A stretch of DNA of 64,000 nt from Eledone cirrhosa (lineage: Eukaryota), in assembly GCA_964016885.1 (NCBI GenBank), contig OZ024742.1:171492001-171556000 (forward strand), read 5' to 3'. A model generated the notes under the pieces. That model did no database searches. It saw only the letters and a list, made by a program, of their open reading frames with translations, and had not been told where the DNA came from. Positions 56,315-64,000 of this stretch are shown piece after piece. How positions within the stretch are numbered: position 1 is the stretch's first letter; every line of letters begins with the position of its first letter. A program made the translations under genes and the position numbers.

Positions 56315-56480
56315 CAACATGTGTGGTATGAAAAAAGGATTTGCAAATCAATCACTGGTCTTAAAAGGCATATGAGGGTACATACGGATGACATCCCACA
56401 AACTGACCCAATCAATCCAGTAGAGGGCACATCTTTTGTCTGTCACATTTGCTTCAGACCGTGCAGATCAGATACTGGAG
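56315..56480 (+). pseudogene. Decayed C2H2 zinc-finger fragment, probably a LINE C-terminus
   Basis: ICKSITGLKRHMRVH...FVCHICFRPCRS: two partial C2H2 fingers with no clear splice context. Confidence 0.5.
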
Positions 56481-57082
56481 ACAAATTGTTCAGTAATCAC
56501 TATGAAACATCAAACTCCCGACTGAGCCCTGTATATTATTAAGCTAAAAAGAACCCTAACCACAACTTCCGTCTAAATAGAAAACTAAATGAAAATCTTG
56601 AATGTAACATTTCGAAAATATATTAACGGAGCGTTGAGTAGTAAGAAATCTCAAATGCAGAAAGAAAAATATACCCACAGTCAATTGCTCTAAATAATAG
56701 GTTATCCCTAACTCTAACTACATCAATGAATTAATGTAAACACATATCCATGTGAAAACTGGAATATTGTATACTTTACAATATATATAGTAAGTAAAAC
56801 CAGTTAGCCAACGAGCCGGGCTTCTGCTTAATAGCTAACCAATATATTGATTTCCAGTACAGGCACAACGCCATCAAATGTGGCGGAAGGATATACGTGA
56901 GCAAATCAATCCCAATCCGTGACTGGTACTTTATTGTATCGCCTGCGGATGGAGGAAATTCAGAGATGATCTTGGCAGGATTTAAATACAGAATAAAGAA
57001 ATCCAGAACAAATACAGTAACAGCATTTTATCCGGCGCTCTACAAGATATCGCGATCTACCACCCTAGAATTAGACCAATAA

Positions 57083-57259
57083 CAGACCTGCCAACCTGGG
57101 AGTACCATGAAAAAGTGCACCAAAACTGGGAGAAATGAAGTAAAATGGGGAATTTTACAGAATGAAAGCTATACCCATTTTCACAAGAGAAAACACTCTC
57201 ACCCACCCTTAAGTGGGTGGGTGATCTCCTCCTCTAAACAGGCTGAGTTAACAGGTCTG
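57083..57259. mobile_element. MITE with 13-bp imperfect TIRs (hAT-like ends)
   Basis: CAGACCTGCCAAC...GTTAACAGGTCTG, with CAATAA on both flanks and an internal hairpin tcacccaccc...gggtgggtga. Confidence 0.7.
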
Positions 57260-57589
57260 CAATAATAATCAATGAATAATATCGATCTTTCCGTTTTCCT
57301 CTCCATATATTATTTCCAGGTACCATGTTAAATCTCACTATATTAAATGGGTTAACATCATTTTCACTAATGGCTTTATGACAAGAACGTAATTTCTATT
57401 CGCACTAAAAATTTAACCTTAAAAAAATCTACGCTTTTTACTATGATTTTATGATCAAAGACGCTTGCTGTGTTTTAACAATGGCGACTTTTAAAGTATA
57501 GTCACGTTCGTTGATATAGATACACATTCGAATACCATCTGTGCTGTCGGCATTTCTTAAACTTCATAATCTATTAAAAGTTGTGTCAG

Positions 57590-58054
<465 letters not shown>

Positions 58055-61000
58055 TGTTTGGCCCGAATCTTCCTCTATCGATTTTAAATCGTATGGTTGA
58101 TTGTAGACTTGTTCTATATGTGACGGTATTTTAACGATAGTTATAGCTCTGATTCACCTGAATTATTGAGCCCTCTGCCGCTCATATCGAATTTCGTTTA
58201 TCGTGAACTCGTGCGCCGATTTTTCGATACTCGATCTTTCTAATATATTTAGCTCTGGACATAGCTATCCACCAGTTAATTTTATTGCTCATTTTTTGTC
58301 GATTCTATTGAGTGATGAATAGCTTTTGTTTTATTTTAACATGTCTATTGAGCACTCTAATTCGATATGTGTATTTCCACATTCACTCGAATTGTTTTCG
58401 CGGATATAGGGGTCATCTCCCTTGTCTAATGCCATGTGCGTTTTTCACTGGTAGTTGGCTCCTCTGCCGCCAGGAAAAAACCTCGTTGATAAAGTAAACC
58501 TCCGTTCTACTTGCTCTAGTAGGCTTTTATATTTATATGTGAGCTGATAGAGTACAGTCTAAGGATTTACAGAAACCCATGAAGCTAGATTTAACACCTG
58601 TCTAGTGGGTCCGGGTATGATTTTACATTCATTTAAATTATTGACGTATTGTTTTATTGATATTTTTTATCTGTTTGGCCCGAATCTTCCTCTATCGATT
58701 TTAAATCGTATGGTTGATTGTAGACTTGTTCTATATGTGACGGTATTTTAACGATAGTTATAGCTCTGATTCACCTGAATTATTGAGCCCTCTGCCGCTC
58801 ATATCGAATTTCGTTTATCGTGAACTCGTGCGCCGATTTTTCGATACTCGATCTTTCTAATATATTTAGCTCTGGACATAGCTATCCACCAGTTAATTTT
58901 ATTGCTCATTTTTTGTCGATTCTATTGAGTGATGAATAGCTTTTGTTTTATTTTAACATGTCTATTGAGCACTCTAATTCGATATGTGTATTTCCACATT
59001 CACTCGAATTGTTTTCGCGGATATAGGGGTCATCTCCCTTGTCTAATGCCATGTGCGTTTTTCACTGGTAGTTGGCTCCTCTGCCGCCAGGAAAAAACCT
59101 CGTTGATAAAGTAAACCTCCGTTCTACTTGCTCTAGTAGGCTTTTATATTTATATGTGAGCTGATAGAGTACAGTCTAAGGATTTACAGAAACCCATGAA
59201 GCTAGATTTAACACCTGTCTAGTGGGTCCGGGTATGATTTTACATTCATTTAAATTATTGACGTATTGTTTTATTGATATTTTTTATCTGTTTGGCCCGA
59301 ATCTTCCTCTATCGATTTTAAATCGTATGGTTGATTGTAGACTTGTTCTATATGTGACGGTATTTTAACGATAGTTATAGCTCTGATTCACCTGAATTAT
59401 TGAGCCCTCTGCCGCTCATATCGAATTTCGTTTATCGTGAACTCGTGCGCCGATTTTTCGATACTCGATCTTTCTAATATATTTAGCTCTGGACATAGCT
59501 ATCCACCAGTTAATTTTATTGCTCATTTTTTGTCGATTCTATTGAGTGATGAATAGCTTTTGTTTTATTTTAACATGTCTATTGAGCACTCTAATTCGAT
59601 ATGTGTATTTCCACATTCACTCGAATTGTTTTCGCGGATATAGGGGTCATCTCCCTTGTCTAATGCCATGTGCGTTTTTCACTGGTAGTTGGCTCCTCTG
59701 CCGCCAGGAAAAAACTCGTTGATAAAGTAAACCTCCGTTCCACTTGCTCTAGTAGGCTTTTATATTTATATGTGAGCTGATAGAGTACAGTCTAAGGATT
59801 TACAGAAACCCATGAAGCTAGATTTAACACCTGTCTAGTGGGTCCGGGTATGATTTTACATTCATTTAAATTATTGACGTATTGTTTTATTGATATTTTT
59901 TATCTGTTTGGCCCGAATCTTCCTCTATCGATTTTAAATCGTATGGTTGATTGTAGACTTGTTCTATATGTGACGGTATTTTAACGATAGTTATAGCTCT
60001 GATTCACCTGAATTATTGAGCCCTCTGCCGCTCATATCGAATTTCGTTTATCGTGAACTCGTGCGCCGATTTTTCGATACTCGATCTTTCTAATATATTT
60101 AGCTCTGGACATAGCTATCCACCAGTTAATTTTATTGCTCATTTTTTGTCGATTCTATTGAGTGATGAATAGCTTTTGTTTTATTTTAACATGTCTATTG
60201 AGCACTCTAATTCGATATGTGTATTTCCACATTCACTCGAATTGTTTTCGCGGATATAGGGGTCATCTCCCTTGTCTAATGCCATGTGCGTTTTTCACTG
60301 GTAGTTGGCTCCTCTGCCGCCAGGAAAAAACTCGTTGATAAAGTAAACCTCCGTTCCACTTGCTCTAGTAGGCTTTTATATTTATATGTGAGCTGATAGA
60401 GTACAGTCTAAGGATTTACAGAAACCCATGAAGCTAGATTTAACACCTGTCTAGTGGGTCCGGGTATGATTTTACATTCATTTAAATTATTGACGTATTG
60501 TTTTATTGATATTTTTTATCTGTTTGGCCCGAATCTTCCTCTATCGATTTTAAATCGTATGGTTGATTGTAGACTTGTTCTATATGTGACGGTATTTTAA
60601 CGATAGTTATAGCTCTGATTCACCTGAATTATTGAGCCCTCTGCCGCTCATATCGAATTTCGTTTATCGTGAACTCGTGCGCCGATTTTTCGATACTCGA
60701 TCTTTCTAATATATTTAGCTCTGGACATAGCTATCCACCAGTTAATTTTATTGCTCATTTTTTGTCGATTCTATTGAGTGATGAATAGCTTTTGTTTTAT
60801 TTTAACATGTCTATTGAGCACTCTAATTCGATATGTGTATTTCCACATTCACTCGAATTGTTTTCGCGGATATAGGGGTCATCTCCCTTGTCTAATGCCA
60901 TGTGCGTTTTTCACTGGTAGTTGGCTCCTCTGCCGCCAGGAAAAAACTCGTTGATAAAGTAAACCTCCGTTCCACTTGCTCTAGTAGGCTTTTATATTTA

Positions 61001-61329
61001 TATGTGAGCTGATAGAGTACAGTCTAAGGATTTACAGAAACCCATGAAGCTAGATTTAACACCTGTCTAGTGGGTCCGGGTATGATTTTACATTCATTTA
61101 AATTATTGACGTATTGTTTTATTGATATTTTTTATCTGTTTGGCCCGAATCTTCCTCTATCGATTTTAAATCGTATGGTTGATTGTAGACTTGTTCTATA
61201 TGTGACGGTATTTTAACGATAGTTATAGCTCTGATTCACCTGAATTATTGAGCCCTCTGCCGCTCATATCGAATTTCGTTTATCGTGAACTCGTGCGCCG
61301 ATTTTTCGATACTCGATCTTTCTAATATA
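58055..61329. repeat. Tandem array of a 616-617-bp unit, five full copies plus about 190 bp, embedded in (TA)n
   Basis: The unit start tgtttggcccgaatc occurs at 58055, 58672, 59289, 59905, 60521 and 61137. Copies are near-identical. Confidence 0.97.
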
Positions 61330-61353
61330 TATATATATGTATATATATATTTA

Positions 61354-61386
<33 letters not shown>

Positions 61387-61434
61387 ATATATGTATATAT
61401 ATATATATGTATATGTATATATATATGTATATAC

Positions 61435-62115
<681 letters not shown>

Positions 62116-62133
62116 GCAAGCACACACTCACAT

Positions 62134-62166
<33 letters not shown>

Positions 62167-62719
62167 ATGTACGTTTCCATACGTCGGATTTACTGTCGCT
62201 GCTCTCTGACTTAAAATGCCACCACTTTCTATTAGGAGTTGCAACCGACAGATATGAATAACAATAGAAACAACAATGGCTATAAGCTTTTCTCAAGCTA
62301 ATATTTTAGTAGAGGTCGGTATGAAACGAACTCCTTAAGCACACGGCCTTATATATAACTGAAATAATTCCTACAAAAATTCCGTGGCTGTTTTATGTAG
62401 GGTGGTCTTGCTGTTGATGTGTGATAGGGGTTGATTTAATGATAGTAGTGGATGGAATTTAGAACAATGAGATACTCCCAAGAAAACATTCAACAGCAGA
62501 TCTATTTTATGTAGTAGATGAGGAGATAGCAATCTATATGTTATGGTATTTCTTACACCTAATGTTTTTGAAAGAACAATAGTGAAACAGCTGCTCCATG
62601 ACAAATACATAAGTATACACACGTTAATATAAAGGGCGTGGTGGATTAAGGTAGGATAAGAGTGTGAAGTATTCCACTTGTAACATATTTCAAGAAGAAC
62701 GAATATTGTAGAGAGGAAT

Positions 62720-62731
62720 ACGCGTGCGCGT

Positions 62732-62828
<97 letters not shown>

Positions 62829-63015
62829 CATATAAATATATGTATATATGTGTGTGTGCATATAAATATATGTATATATGTGTGTGTGCATATAAATATA
62901 TGTGTATATATATATGTATATGCACACACACATACATACATATGTGTGTGTGTTTATATATATCTATATTTACATATATGTATATATATATATGCACACA
63001 CACACACACGCACAT

Positions 63016-63052
<37 letters not shown>

Positions 63053-63130
63053 CATATTGCTCTCTCGCACACACACTCTCTCTCTCTCTGTATATATATT
63101 TTTTTCATTTATATATATATTTATGTATAT
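62720..63130. repeat. Compound microsatellite with a 30-bp tandem unit x3 (tgtgtgtgcatataaatatatgtatatatg)
   Basis: Directly visible. Confidence 0.9.
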
Positions 63131-64000
63131 AAACTATATTTTGTTTAGTTGCCTAATACTCTACAATTCTTTTCATACCTCATTGTGTATCTCACCCGAA
63201 ATTATGCAATATCTTTAATTTTATATATCCGTATGTGCAACTTTCATTGATAGAAAAAAACACGTACCCGGAACACATGCAAGGCGACATTACTAAACAA
63301 TATCATAGGCTCCACTACTAAATGTTGTGTTTCCTGTGTGGCGAATTCAAGTATGTCTTATATCAAAATTGTTCTATACATACACAGGTTCTTGCATCAG
63401 TGGAATAAAGAGCCATGGAACAAAAGTGGTTAAACCACCGGGTGTTAATGGTCTAATGCTGAAAAACTGAACCTAAATTGTACTGTAGTATGAATTCTAC
63501 AGACGTTTTGTGATTCAAGTCACCTTAAATAACTTCGAAAGTCTCACAGAAAATATAAATACATCCGAATAAAATACAAATTTCTCTGCATATATATATA
63601 CATACGAAACTGAAATGTAAAAACTACCCCTTCTTCTTCCTCAGATAATTTTCTGCATGAGGCTGCTATGGTGCCTACAACTTAAAGACAAATGTTATCG
63701 GAGTACACAAAAACAGTGTTTGTATATAGACAATTTCAGGTCCTATGCTGTATATGATAAACAACTAGAAACATTTCTGCATGCAGTACAGGGATTTGTA
63801 AGAGGAATTCATATTAGAGGCGGTTGACTAACACTAGGAAATCTTGAACATATGAAATCTAATTAATATCCCTAATAACACGTATATAGAAAAAGAAAGA
63901 GATACGAGGATTTAACCAAACACAGACACAGATATTTATGTTTGGAGTCAATGAACTAGACGTAGTAAAACAAAATAACAATCAAATAGTAAAACACTAA

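Noticed and set aside
58312-59114. Repeated 61-aa ORF in the tandem unit
   Set aside because: GTG start, no recognisable motif, and frameshifted in copies 3-5.
62371-62720. Non-repetitive part of the 245-aa ORF
   Set aside because: No recognisable domain, and the start lies in a microsatellite.

Overview
AT-rich, microsatellite-saturated animal genomic DNA with no recognisable host gene exon. The SINE families look cephalopod (Octopus-like), which is an inference. Almost all ORF-track entries are translations of (TA)n, (CA)n or (GA)n repeats. Recognisable parts: a decayed Penelope-like (PLE) reverse transcriptase with a terminal fold-back, joined to a Gypsy integrase plus 3' LTR (1-2990); many tRNA-derived SINEs; RTE and R4/Dong-like LINE fragments; two MITEs; and an intron-containing tRNA-Lys(TTT) pseudogene. 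The main unexplained signal is a recurring architecture. At least 8 unrelated, short (150-450 bp), mostly non-coding sequence families sit in or beside (TA)n tracts. Each carries an intact or eroded minimal type I hammerhead ribozyme motif (CUGANGA...GAAA...UH, short and often palindromic stem III) pointing towards the TA tract. Several occur as head-to-head inverted pairs (12.8-13.4, 16.8-17.5, 33.9-34.3, 50.1-50.9, 61.6-62.1 kb). One is a circularly permuted unit of about 235-245 nt. A 616-617 bp near-identical 5.3-copy tandem array is also embedded in TA. Together these suggest a TA-microsatellite-targeting, PLE-mobilised population of ribozyme retroelements (pLTR/retrozyme-like).
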